Sequence record: MZ234008.1
Length of the DNA: 45,019 nt
Source of the DNA: Escherichia phage vB_EcoS-22664B1
Reading direction: 5' to 3' (one strand)
Numbering within the stretch: position 1 is the first letter of the stretch; each line of letters begins with the position of its first letter. This document shows, piece after piece, positions 1 through 8,462 of this stretch. The position numbers and the translations under genes were made by a program. The notes under the pieces are model-generated. The model made no database searches. It saw nothing but the letters and a program-made list of their open reading frames with translations, and was not told the origin of the DNA.

Positions 1-74
1 ATGGTGAGTGAAAAATGCAGTTTGCAGTTACAGCAGATAGGGATCGGCTTTTTCATACGCATGATTAATATTGG

Positions 75-103
75 TTGCATTCAGCCTAGCACCCTGCTAG
101 ATT
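75..103 (+). promoter_or_regulatory. putative sigma70-like promoter for left-end genes (-35 TTGCAT, 17-nt spacer, -10 TAGATT) flanked by two TTGGTTGCA copies
   Basis: Motif copies at 71-79 and 102-110; hexamers read directly. Confidence 0.35.
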
Positions 104-131
104 GGTTGCACACCAACATGAGGACTGAACA

Positions 132-437
132 ATGAGAGCATTAATCTGGAAATACTCACGGGCAATAGCGAAGCTGGACGAAGCGAAAAACACAAACGGC
201 AACGTAGACTATGCGCGCCAGTTTGCGGCACGGGCACACCAACACATCATGAGTGCGCTCGACGATATGGACGCCAGCATGGATGACCTGGGTCCGCTGC
301 GTAAGGCTATCCATGAATACGCGCTGGCATTCTCCCGTGAGCGCCTGGCCTATCGCTTCGGTATTGGCGATAAGGCAGTGACAAACGTCGCCCGGATTAA
401 AGCACAGCGCGAACTATTCGCCCAGCTTGCGAAATAA
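132..437 (+). CDS. hypothetical protein (101 aa)
   Basis: Intact ORF with GAGGA RBS-like sequence upstream of ATG; downstream of putative promoter at 75-103. No recognisable motif. Confidence 0.55.
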   Translation: MRALIWKYSRAIAKLDEAKNTNGNVDYARQFAARAHQHIMSALDDMDASMDDLGPLRKAIHEYALAFSRERLAYRFGIGDKAVTNVARIKAQRELFAQLAK

Positions 438-446
438 GGGGCCAAA

Positions 447-716
447 ATGGGCCGTAGACGAGCTAATCAGCTTTCTTGGCATATTCCCCTGCATTGCATA
501 CGAATATGGGCTAAGAACGCGATTGAGGGCGATTCCGTGTACTGGTGCTATCGCGACGATGTGAAGCCACTTACGCAGACTCGCTACTTGCACCAGTTCG
601 CAGCACAACATGGATTCTATGTGCGGACTTCCTTGCAACCAATGGGAATACGTATTACATTACGCCGGAAGCCCGCCGTTGAGCGGGTAGGCAAACACTG
701 GAGACTGCGCAAATGA
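447..716 (+). CDS. hypothetical protein, paralog family member 1 (C-terminal ERVGKHWRLRK)
   Basis: ORF with AAGGGG RBS-like sequence; C-terminus resembles C-terminus of next gene (YTRVGRNATWRLRK); stop overlaps next start (ATGA). Confidence 0.45.
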   Translation: MGRRRANQLSWHIPLHCIRIWAKNAIEGDSVYWCYRDDVKPLTQTRYLHQFAAQHGFYVRTSLQPMGIRITLRRKPAVERVGKHWRLRK

Positions 717-1057
717 TTCGAGTAACCGCACGCCACGAACAATCGGGGGCCACTTACGATGTAATCGACGTTCGCGGCGCGTTCGTCATCTTCGGACGGG
801 GTGACGACCGGCTGGCGCTGCCGATCGGTATGCTGAGCACATACGACTATTTCAAGCATAACGTCCGGTGTGGCGATGTGCTGCGCGATAAGCGCACCGG
901 TGAGCTATGGACGGTGGCGAGTATTTGGGTGAAAGATAAACGGCAGCACACGTTATTGCTCGCCCGCCCGGATTGCAAACAGCAAACTATTAACACTATT
1001 GGCCTGGTGGACTACACCCGCGTAGGCCGTAACGCTACCTGGAGACTGAGAAAATGA
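713..1057 (+). CDS. hypothetical protein, paralog family member 2
   Basis: Shares GDVLRD-R-G-LW-V and RVGR motifs with 1054..1578; ATGA overlap with both neighbours. Confidence 0.55.
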   Translation: MIRVTARHEQSGATYDVIDVRGAFVIFGRGDDRLALPIGMLSTYDYFKHNVRCGDVLRDKRTGELWTVASIWVKDKRQHTLLLARPDCKQQTINTIGLVDYTRVGRNATWRLRK

Positions 1058-1578
1058 AATTACTATTCCGCCGTAAATCAGATGGCTATATCCTGAAGCC
1101 GATCCAGACCTTATCGAACTGGGTACGCCTCCACCACGTTGCAAGCGATAAAGTCTGGTGGGCGACTAAGGCAAAGCTGCCGGAGTACTACGAAATCCTC
1201 ACACACGATATCGAGCGCGGCGATGTGCTGCGGGATATTCGCGACGGGCAATTGTGGGTCGTGGAATACGTGGGTCGGCACGGCCTGCGTATGAAGTCCT
1301 GCAAGGATGTCGTAGCGGGCAACATGGTCACGGGCATGACGTACTTCGGGCTAATCCACTACGAACGAGTGGGCCGCAAATCCCAGCCAGCGTATGCGAC
1401 CTACGACGCCCGCCAGGTGCAGGCCAGACTTAACAAGGCCACGCATGAGATAATTAATCACGTTGATGCCGTGACGAATGCGCAGCGCATGGCCCGCGAA
1501 TACGGCGTAGGATTCATCCGTGTCGAGCAAGACGGCAGCATGTCCGCTATAGACCCGCGCTCGGTAATACTGAAATGA
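1054..1578 (+). CDS. hypothetical protein, paralog family member 3
   Basis: Contains GDVLRDIRDGQLWVV and HYERVGRK segments paralogous to 713..1057. Confidence 0.55.
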   Translation: MKLLFRRKSDGYILKPIQTLSNWVRLHHVASDKVWWATKAKLPEYYEILTHDIERGDVLRDIRDGQLWVVEYVGRHGLRMKSCKDVVAGNMVTGMTYFGLIHYERVGRKSQPAYATYDARQVQARLNKATHEIINHVDAVTNAQRMAREYGVGFIRVEQDGSMSAIDPRSVILK

Positions 1579-1718
1579 GCGCGACTATCCGTGATATGCT
1601 TATGCATAACCGCTTTGAGATAGGCGGGCGAGTATTCTGCAATTACTTCGTGGCGCGTGCTTGGGCGCGCCATATCGGAAAACCAGTAGGGGCAATACGA
1701 TGCTACACGATTTGATAT
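1575..1718 (+). CDS. small hypothetical ORF (47 aa)
   Basis: ATG overlapping stop of preceding gene; short, overlaps next gene start; weak support. Confidence 0.25.
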
Positions 1719-1987
1719 TTTGGTTTGGTTTGGGGTGTGCGTCACTCTTTGTTGTGGTGCTGGCGCTGTTGGTATGGCTATTCCTGGTATGGCCCGCGGT
1801 GGAAGCTGCCAGCATTACCCGCATGACGTTCCAGATATACAAGCGCCGTGGCATAACGGAACACCCGACCAGGTTGCGCATGTGGTGGCTATGGTATCTG
1901 GATATGCTTGGAGGTCGGAGGTTTGAGGCCGTCCGGTCATCCGGGTGGGAATGGAAAGGCGTAGGCAAGTGGTCCATTTTCGATTAA
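1700..1987 (+). CDS. small membrane protein
   Basis: Start MLHDL with AGGGG RBS-like sequence 8 nt upstream; long hydrophobic stretch FWFGLGCASLFVVVLALLVWLFLVW; followed by terminator. Confidence 0.5.
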   Translation: MLHDLIFWFGLGCASLFVVVLALLVWLFLVWPAVEAASITRMTFQIYKRRGITEHPTRLRMWWLWYLDMLGGRRFEAVRSSGWEWKGVGKWSIFD

Positions 1988-2004
1988 ATATGCAAGCGTG
2001 ATAT

Positions 2005-2039
2005 AGTCCCAGTGAGCTAAAACTTACTGGGACTTTTTT
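2005..2039 (+). terminator. rho-independent terminator (agtcccagt...actgggact + T-run)
   Basis: 9-bp inverted repeat followed by TTTTTT directly read from sequence. Confidence 0.6.
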
Positions 2040-2330
2040 ATGGATAAGCTAAACGAGTGGTTATTCGCCCTCGCGTGTCTTGCAGGTGGCTTCGTTGGCG
2101 CTCGCATTCACGGTGAGGCAACGAAAGGGCCACTAAACTTTGTGCTGTTTATCGTGGTCGGCTTCTTGTGTGCCGTGTTCGGTGCACCTGCTATTGCTGA
2201 GTGGTTTAATCTAACCGGACCGAGAACTGTTGCCGGGCTTGGCTTCGTTACTGCCATCTTCTGGATGCCGGTAGCTGCCAGAATCCGTGAAGCAATTTCC
2301 TCGTTCCGTCTGCCGGGGAATGCAAAATGA
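2040..2330 (+). CDS. holin-like small membrane protein
   Basis: 96 aa, two to three hydrophobic helices, immediately upstream of endolysin; function by position. Confidence 0.5.
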   Translation: MDKLNEWLFALACLAGGFVGARIHGEATKGPLNFVLFIVVGFLCAVFGAPAIAEWFNLTGPRTVAGLGFVTAIFWMPVAARIREAISSFRLPGNAK

Positions 2331-2566
2331 TTATCGCCATCCTGTTATTAGTGATCGGGGCTTCGTCGCTGTATAACGTATACGCGCCATCCGTCCAGGA
2401 TGGCATTTGCGGACGGGTGCTCTACCTGCTTACAGCAATGACCTGTATTATTGGCCTGATGCAAACGGGGGACGTATCGAATACAGTCTGGTCCGTGCTA
2501 ATCTGGCTATTCGCATTACGCACACTGCGTAATGCTGTTTTAAATGGGGTAAAACATGCGATTTAG
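2327..2566 (+). CDS. holin/antiholin-like small membrane protein
   Basis: 79 aa, two hydrophobic helices, ATGA overlap with previous gene and overlap with endolysin start. Confidence 0.5.
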   Translation: MIIAILLLVIGASSLYNVYAPSVQDGICGRVLYLLTAMTCIIGLMQTGDVSNTVWSVLIWLFALRTLRNAVLNGVKHAI

Positions 2567-3047
2567 TGACAACGGTCTAAGATTTACGGCAGCGTGGGAG
2601 TCGTTCAGCCCAGTGCCGTATTTCGCGACTAAGAAGGAGCAGGCCCGCGGCTTGTACACCTGGGGCTACGGTCATACTGGCACTAATCCGCCACAGAGCA
2701 TTACCCGCGCGGAAGCGCTGGAGCTACTCAAGCGTGATGTGGCGTATGCCGAGAACTGGGTGAACAAGTACGCACACCCGAGCATCAATCAGGCGCAATT
2801 CGACGCGCTGGTGGATCTGGTAATCAATGCCGGTCAAGGTCCGATCGTACCGGATAACATTGCCAATGACTTCGATGACGCGGTGCGCCTGGGTGATTGG
2901 GCCAAAGTCCGTGCTACGCTGCCGCAGTTCCGCAAGCAAGGCGGTGAAGTGCTCAAGGGCCTGGTACGTCGTGCAATCGGCAGACAGGCGCTATTCGATG
3001 GTAAGCAGTGGGACGTTGCCGAGAAAATCGGTCGTAACGCGGCATAA
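2556..3047 (+). CDS. endolysin, lysozyme-like (GH24/T4-lysozyme-type muramidase)
   Basis: Motif ...WESF...GLYTWGYGHTG... resembles phage lysozyme catalytic region (E ... GYGHTG); located after holin candidates. Confidence 0.75.
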   Translation: MRFSDNGLRFTAAWESFSPVPYFATKKEQARGLYTWGYGHTGTNPPQSITRAEALELLKRDVAYAENWVNKYAHPSINQAQFDALVDLVINAGQGPIVPDNIANDFDDAVRLGDWAKVRATLPQFRKQGGEVLKGLVRRAIGRQALFDGKQWDVAEKIGRNAA

Positions 3048-3063
3048 TAAGAGGAAACACAGT

Positions 3064-3231
3064 ATGTTAAAAAGTATTCTTGATCATAACGCGGACGCGC
3101 TTGCCGCACTGGCTAAAACGGAAGACCCAGGCGCGCGCGCCATTATCGCGGACACTATCAGTCATGCGGGTGTCTTTGACGTGAAGCTGCCAAGCCCGCC
3201 ACCGCCGGAAGAACCAGGCCCAGCGGCATAA
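3064..3231 (+). CDS. hypothetical protein (55 aa, proline-rich C-terminus)
   Basis: AAGAGGA RBS-like sequence before ATG; followed by terminator at 3237-3262. Confidence 0.4.
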   Translation: MLKSILDHNADALAALAKTEDPGARAIIADTISHAGVFDVKLPSPPPPEEPGPAA

Positions 3232-3236
3232 ACACG

Positions 3237-3262
3237 AAGCCCGGTTAATTCCGGGCTTTTTA
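3237..3262 (+). terminator. rho-independent terminator (aagcccgg ttaatt ccgggctt ttttt)
   Basis: Perfect stem-loop plus T-run. Confidence 0.65.
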
Positions 3263-3265
3263 TTG

Positions 3266-3295
3266 CTTGACTTGCAACCAACATAAGGGCCATAC
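3266..3295 (+). promoter_or_regulatory. putative sigma70-like promoter (-35 TTGACT, 18-nt spacer containing TGCAACCAA, -10 CATACT)
   Basis: Hexamer matches read from sequence; spacer carries the recurrent GCAACCAA motif, with a second copy just downstream. Confidence 0.35.
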
Positions 3296-3327
3296 TGCAA
3301 CCAATCAACGAGAAGGAGTAATACACT

Positions 3328-3408
3328 ATGACACGCAATGATATTTATGTACTGGCAATCTGGTCCGCCGCCGCATTCATCGGTATGGCTATTTGCGAAT
3401 TGCTATAG
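3328..3408 (+). CDS. small hydrophobic peptide (26 aa, MTRNDIYVLAIWSAAAFIGMAICELL)
   Basis: Strong RBS-like GAGAAGGAG 8 nt upstream of ATG; not in ORF track because under 60 aa. Confidence 0.3.
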   Translation: MTRNDIYVLAIWSAAAFIGMAICELL

Positions 3409-3470
3409 CCCGCCGCCATAGGGACCGTGGTATATTGTCCTCGGTCCTCTCAATCAGGAAGTAAATTAAT

Positions 3471-4668
3471 ATGCACCCGCAAACTAAAATTACCGACGAG
3501 CAATTGATCGCTGAATTGCAATCTGGCACTACCTCGAAAGATATTGCGAAGAAATACGGCATTGCCCTTCGAAATGTCTATATGCGCAAAGCCCGCCTGT
3601 CGAAGAAAGGCATTGGTCACGGTAACGATGCCGTAATCCGTAAGCGCGTTGCCGATGGCTTCGGCGTTAAGCGTGTATCAGCCCTGGTGCGCGGCAATGG
3701 CGAAGAGGTCATGTCCTGGGTCATCACCGAGCAAGACAAGGAGCGCCAGCTTGAAGCAATGCGCGCCGTTGTCGAGGGCATGAATAGCGAAATCACACCG
3801 GCAGCACCAGTGAGCGCTCCGCCAGTCCCGATCCAGGCGCTTGACCTGCTTAACCTGTATACCGTGTCGGACTTCCACCTGGGAATGTTGGCGTGGGGCG
3901 AGGAGACTGGCGAGGACTGGGATATGGCAATCGCTGAAGACCTGTTCTACCGCTGGTTTGTCGAAGCCTTCGCCCGCGCACCGGACGCTGGAAGACCTGT
4001 TCTACCGCTGGTTTGTCGAAGCCTTCGCCCGCGCACCGGACGCTGGCACTGCCGTAATCAATATTCTCGGTGATATGGCGCATTTTGACAGCCTCGACGC
4101 CGTCACGCCAGCCAGTGGTCACGTACTGGACGCAGATACCCGCTACCAGAAACTGGTCCGCTACATGATTCGCATGGTGCGCAACGTGGTTGAACTGGCG
4201 CTGCAAAAACACCATAAGGTCAAACTGTTAATCGTCCAGGGTAATCATGATGAGTCCGGTATGATTTGGCTGGCTGAGATGTTCAATACCCTGTACGAGA
4301 ACGAGCCGCGCGTTGATGTGGACACGTCCCCGGACGTTTACAAAATGGTGCAGCACGGTAAAACAACGCTGTTCTTCCACCACGGACACAAAGCACGCTT
4401 TGACGCCATCGAACCGGTCATGATTTCTAAATTCAGACAGGCTTTCGGGTCCAGTGAGTACAGCTACGCGCACGTGGGCCACTTGCACCACCAGAAGATT
4501 GTTGAATCCCGCAACATGATTGTTGAACAGCACCGGACCCTTGCCGCGAAAGACGCATATGCGAGCCGCGGCGGTTGGATGTCTGGTCGTAGTGCTAACG
4601 TCATCACCTATAGCGCCAACTACGGCGAAGTAGCGCGCTTAACCATTAGCCCGGAAATGTTGAAATGA
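3471..4668 (+). pseudogene. HTH domain + calcineurin-like metallophosphoesterase gene, split by a 55-bp tandem duplication (frameshift)
   Basis: N-terminal HTH-like segment; metallophosphoesterase motifs SDFHLG, GDMAHFD, GNHDE, HHGH, GHLHH. ORFs 3471..4073 and 3841..4668 are the same gene in two frames; removing one 55-bp copy (3936-3990 or 3991-4045) restores one ORF of about 380 aa. Confidence 0.6.
3936..4045. repeat. perfect tandem duplication, 2 x 55 bp
   Basis: Unit gaagacctgttctaccgctggtttgtcgaagccttcgcccgcgcaccggacgctg occurs twice in tandem; cgctg microhomology at the junction. Confidence 0.9.
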
Positions 4669-4877
4669 TTAGACAAGTATTCATGAGCACGCAGGCCACC
4701 CGCCTGAAAGAGCTTCGCAAACAGCTTGAAGGCTTGCGCCGATTCGAACGAACGGCAGCGGCAATAGGCATGTCTATCAGTGAGCGGATCGAGATACTAT
4801 CGCAGATACGCTACACAGAAGGCGCTATAAGCGAAGTAGAAAGCATGTTGACCAGATACTACGGTCGAGCCGTTTAA
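4665..4877 (+). CDS. hypothetical protein (70 aa)
   Basis: ORF overlapping previous stop (ATGA); followed by terminator. Confidence 0.45.
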   Translation: MIRQVFMSTQATRLKELRKQLEGLRRFERTAAAIGMSISERIEILSQIRYTEGAISEVESMLTRYYGRAV

Positions 4878-4884
4878 CCCTCCC

Positions 4885-4910
4885 AGCCCGCCGATTTGGT
4901 GGGCTTTTTT
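4885..4910 (+). terminator. rho-independent terminator
   Basis: agcccgcc / ggtgggct stem (one G-U) followed by TTTTTT. Confidence 0.5.
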
Positions 4911-4994
4911 GTGCCTGTTATAATCCCCCTTAGATGGCTGGGCCGTCTCCTATGTTGCCGATGGTCGGCGCATATGCATAAAAGGGCTTATATC

Positions 4995-5546
4995 ATGGCA
5001 GAAATCAAAGTTAAGGGCCGTCGTGCCAAACTGGACGGACGAGTAGCAGTTACCCCGCGCCGTAAACCAGGCGAGCAAACAGAACACACCAATCTTGGAC
5101 CAGAGATCGAATACGGCAAGCGTCGTAAAGGCGGCAAATGCGGACGCCCGACCGACTACCGCACCGTGTATTGTGACCAGCTTCGTCGCTATTTCGCCGA
5201 TGCCGTAGCCTGGCAGATCAACTACTCCGACAAGGGCGCTGCGCAAGTCATCCCTCGAAACATGATGCCGACTCTCGGTCGATTCGCTGCAAATATTGGT
5301 GTAGGCATCGCCTGCCTGTATCGCTGGGCGCGCGCACATGAGGAGTTCGCCGAAGCGATGGCGGACGCTATGGAGTTGCAGAAAACTTTCCTGATGGAAG
5401 CTGGCGGCGTGACCATCGCGGCGGGCTTCGCTACGTTCCTGCTTAAAGCCAACCACGGCATTCGTGACGATGCGCCGCTGGATGACGACGAAGATGATAA
5501 CGGCGACGTCGTTGTGGAACCTACCGGCAAAGGCCAGGGTGAGTAA
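4995..5546 (+). CDS. terminase small subunit (putative)
   Basis: Position immediately upstream of TerL with overlapping stop/start; basic N-terminal region, acidic C-terminus; assignment mainly by synteny. Confidence 0.5.
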   Translation: MAEIKVKGRRAKLDGRVAVTPRRKPGEQTEHTNLGPEIEYGKRRKGGKCGRPTDYRTVYCDQLRRYFADAVAWQINYSDKGAAQVIPRNMMPTLGRFAANIGVGIACLYRWARAHEEFAEAMADAMELQKTFLMEAGGVTIAAGFATFLLKANHGIRDDAPLDDDEDDNGDVVVEPTGKGQGE

Positions 5547-6931
5547 TGCGTAACTATGCGGCAGAACACCGCGCACTTGAACGCGCGATCGCAAAGCGCA
5601 ACCGACCGCCACGCCCTACGCGCGTTGCGCAGGCCGTCCGCCTGTATCAGCCTGATTGCCTTCCGCACCAGGTAGAACTGCTGCGCGACACGAAGACTAA
5701 AATCCTCGGCCTTTGCTCCGGCTTCGGTGGCGGAAAGTCGTGGGTAGCGGCGCGTAAGGTCATCCAGCTTCTCACACTTAACCCCGGTCATGATGGCATC
5801 GTTACAGAACCGACTATTCCACTCCTGGTTAAAATCATGTACCCGGAGCTTGAGAAGGCATTCGACGAGGCTGGATTCCGGTGGAAGTTCAACAAGCAAG
5901 ACAAGATTTATAGCGTGCTGGTGAAAGGCAAATGGACCCGCGTTATTTGTGAGTCAATGGAGAACTACACCCGCCTGATCGGGGTTAACGCCGCGTGGAT
6001 TGTTGCCGATGAGTTCGACACCACTAAGCAAGACGTAGCTATGGCGGCATATCACAAATTGCTTGGTCGTCTGCGTGCGGGCCTGGTGCGCCAGTTCGTC
6101 ATCGTATCCACGCCTGAAGGCTTCCGGGCGATGTACCAGATTTTCGAAGTGGAGAAGGATAGCCAGAAACGTTTGATCAGGGCGAAGACTACCGATAATC
6201 ACCACTTACCGGCAGACTTTATCGACACGCTGCGGAGCCAGTACCCGGCAAACCTGATTGATGCATACCTGAACGGCCTGTTTGTCAACCTTACGTCTGG
6301 CGCGGTCTACAAGATGTTTAACCGCGAAGAGAACGCCAGCACCGAGGAAGTGCAACCGGATGATACGCTGATTATCGGTATGGACTTTAACGTAACGAAA
6401 ATGGCGGCGGTTGTGTACGTCAGACGGCAGCACACTACCGAGAACAAGGAGTTCCGCGACGAGATTCACGCAGTGGATGAATTCGTGGACCTGTTTGATA
6501 CCCCGGCTATGATTGAGGCGATCGAGGAGCGCTACCCCGATCATTGTGCTGCCGGTCGGGTCGTCGTTTACCCGGATAGCAGTGGCAAGTCTCGTAAGAC
6601 TGTTAACGCATCGTCGTCCGATATCGCGCAACTGGAAGACGCTGGCTTCGAGGTGGAGTATGACAGCGTCAACCCGCCTGTAAAAGACAGATTGATCGCG
6701 ATGAATACGATGATGTGCAACTCGAAGGGCGTGCGCCAGTATTTTGTCAACATGGATAAATGCCCTACACTAGCGAAATGTCTGGAACAGCAGGTTTATG
6801 ACCTGAAGAAAGGCGAGCCGGATAAAACCGCCGGTGTGGACCACATGAACGATGCCGCAGGCTACCCTGTTGCGCACCTGTTCCCAGTGATTCGTCCAAT
6901 CGCCGTTGTTCCAACTGTAGACTTCTACTAA
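5546..6931 (+). CDS. terminase large subunit
   Basis: Walker A-like LCSGFGGGKS and Walker B-like IVADEFD ATPase motifs plus C-terminal nuclease-sized domain; 461 aa. Confidence 0.85.
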   Translation: MRNYAAEHRALERAIAKRNRPPRPTRVAQAVRLYQPDCLPHQVELLRDTKTKILGLCSGFGGGKSWVAARKVIQLLTLNPGHDGIVTEPTIPLLVKIMYPELEKAFDEAGFRWKFNKQDKIYSVLVKGKWTRVICESMENYTRLIGVNAAWIVADEFDTTKQDVAMAAYHKLLGRLRAGLVRQFVIVSTPEGFRAMYQIFEVEKDSQKRLIRAKTTDNHHLPADFIDTLRSQYPANLIDAYLNGLFVNLTSGAVYKMFNREENASTEEVQPDDTLIIGMDFNVTKMAAVVYVRRQHTTENKEFRDEIHAVDEFVDLFDTPAMIEAIEERYPDHCAAGRVVVYPDSSGKSRKTVNASSSDIAQLEDAGFEVEYDSVNPPVKDRLIAMNTMMCNSKGVRQYFVNMDKCPTLAKCLEQQVYDLKKGEPDKTAGVDHMNDAAGYPVAHLFPVIRPIAVVPTVDFY

Positions 6932-6941
6932 GGAAACGACC

Positions 6942-8462
6942 ATGACCGTTAACGTTGACAACCAGCACCCACTCTATGCGCGCATCGCGCAGGAATGGAA
7001 AATGATCCGGGATTGCGTAGCAGGGGAGCGCGCCGTGAAGGCGTGCGGCCCCTTATACCTGCCACACCCAGCCAGTGGCGACAATACCGACCCGAAAGCA
7101 CGGGCGCGATATAAGGCATATAAGCAACGTGCTGTATTCCTGAACGCCACCGCACGTACACTTAACGCGCTGTTAGGCGTTGCCTTCGCTAAGCCGGTTA
7201 GCGTGGACCTTACCGGGGCGATGGCTGACCTGATTGATGACGTAGACGGCAGCGGGATGCCACTGGCGCAACTCCTGCGCGGTGCTATGTCTGAAGTGCT
7301 GCAATCTGGCCGCGCGGGCTTTATGGTGGACTACGACCGCCAGGCTAACTTTGATGAACTGGGTAACGTAGTGCCGCAGACCGCCGCCGAGATGGCGACG
7401 CATCGCCCGCTTATCCGCCTGTATACGGCAGAACAGATCATCAACTGGCGGCAGACCCACGGTGTTGATACGCTAATCGTGCTGAAGGAGACGGACGAAA
7501 TCAGCACCGAAGACCCGGACGACTTTGCAAACCACGAAGTAACGATCTGGACCGAGCTTCGCATGGTTGACGGCAAGGCACACGCCCGCCGCTGGTTTTA
7601 CAACGCGGACACGTCCGAGGTGCAAATGGACTTGCCGCGCGGATTCACCCGCACCGACCTTGTACCTTTGGTAGATGCTGCCGGTCGGGCGCTTACTCAA
7701 CTGCCATTTTGCTGGTGTGGTGCAGTGGACAACAACGCCACGCCGGACGCCGCGCCGCTGGCGGATATTGCATCCATCAACATTAAGCACTACAACGCTG
7801 AGGCGGACGTCGCCGAGATTGCGCACATCGTGGGCCAGCCTACCCTGGTTGCCACGGGCTTGACTCAATCATGGGCCGACAAAAACCTGAAGGGTGGCAT
7901 CGCTCTCGGTGCGACTAAGGGCGTTATCCTGGGCCAGAACATGGACGCTAAACTGATTCAGGCCGAGGAGCGCAACTTGTCTGTTGCACTTTGTGAGCGC
8001 CGCGAATTGCAGATGGCTAAACTGGGCGCGGCCCTGGTTGAGAAGGGGACCGCACCGAAGACGGCAACCGAAGCGGCCTACGATGCGCAGACTGATAACA
8101 GTATCTTGTCGCTCATTGCCGGTAACGTTGAGAAGGCTTTCAACCGTGCGCTGCAAATCGTCCAGCTATTCACCGGTGACACCGCAGTGCAGCAAGTCAC
8201 GTTGAACAAGTTCTACACCGAAATCACGGTTGACGCGCAGCTTATGACCGCAATGATGTCAGGTGTGCAGACTGGCACGGTCCGACTGGCTGACTTTATC
8301 AAGTGGATGATGGCGCAGGGCGTTATCGACGACTCGCAAACCGTCGAGCAGGTGGAAGACGAATTGCGAAATCAGAATCCATTGCCTCAAATGTCCCCTG
8401 ATGCGGTAGAATCTACCGAAGAAGACCCGGACAAGGTAACGGACAATGGCGAGAACAATTAA
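6942..8462 (+). CDS. portal protein
   Basis: 506-aa ORF immediately after TerL with acidic C-terminus; size and synteny typical of portal. Confidence 0.75.
   Translation: MTVNVDNQHPLYARIAQEWKMIRDCVAGERAVKACGPLYLPHPASGDNTDPKARARYKAYKQRAVFLNATARTLNALLGVAFAKPVSVDLTGAMADLIDDVDGSGMPLAQLLRGAMSEVLQSGRAGFMVDYDRQANFDELGNVVPQTAAEMATHRPLIRLYTAEQIINWRQTHGVDTLIVLKETDEISTEDPDDFANHEVTIWTELRMVDGKAHARRWFYNADTSEVQMDLPRGFTRTDLVPLVDAAGRALTQLPFCWCGAVDNNATPDAAPLADIASINIKHYNAEADVAEIAHIVGQPTLVATGLTQSWADKNLKGGIALGATKGVILGQNMDAKLIQAEERNLSVALCERRELQMAKLGAALVEKGTAPKTATEAAYDAQTDNSILSLIAGNVEKAFNRALQIVQLFTGDTAVQQVTLNKFYTEITVDAQLMTAMMSGVQTGTVRLADFIKWMMAQGVIDDSQTVEQVEDELRNQNPLPQMSPDAVESTEEDPDKVTDNGENN

Noticed and set aside
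3841-4073. Treating 3471..4073 and 3841..4668 as two genuine overlapping genes
   Set aside because: The overlap is created by an exact 55-bp tandem duplication and both frames translate the same peptide from the repeat, so this is one interrupted gene.
4950-5899. Minus-strand ORFs 4950..5612 and 5222..5899 overlapping the terminase genes
   Set aside because: Fully embedded antisense to TerS/TerL, which have clear ATPase motifs and operon context; no independent start signals.
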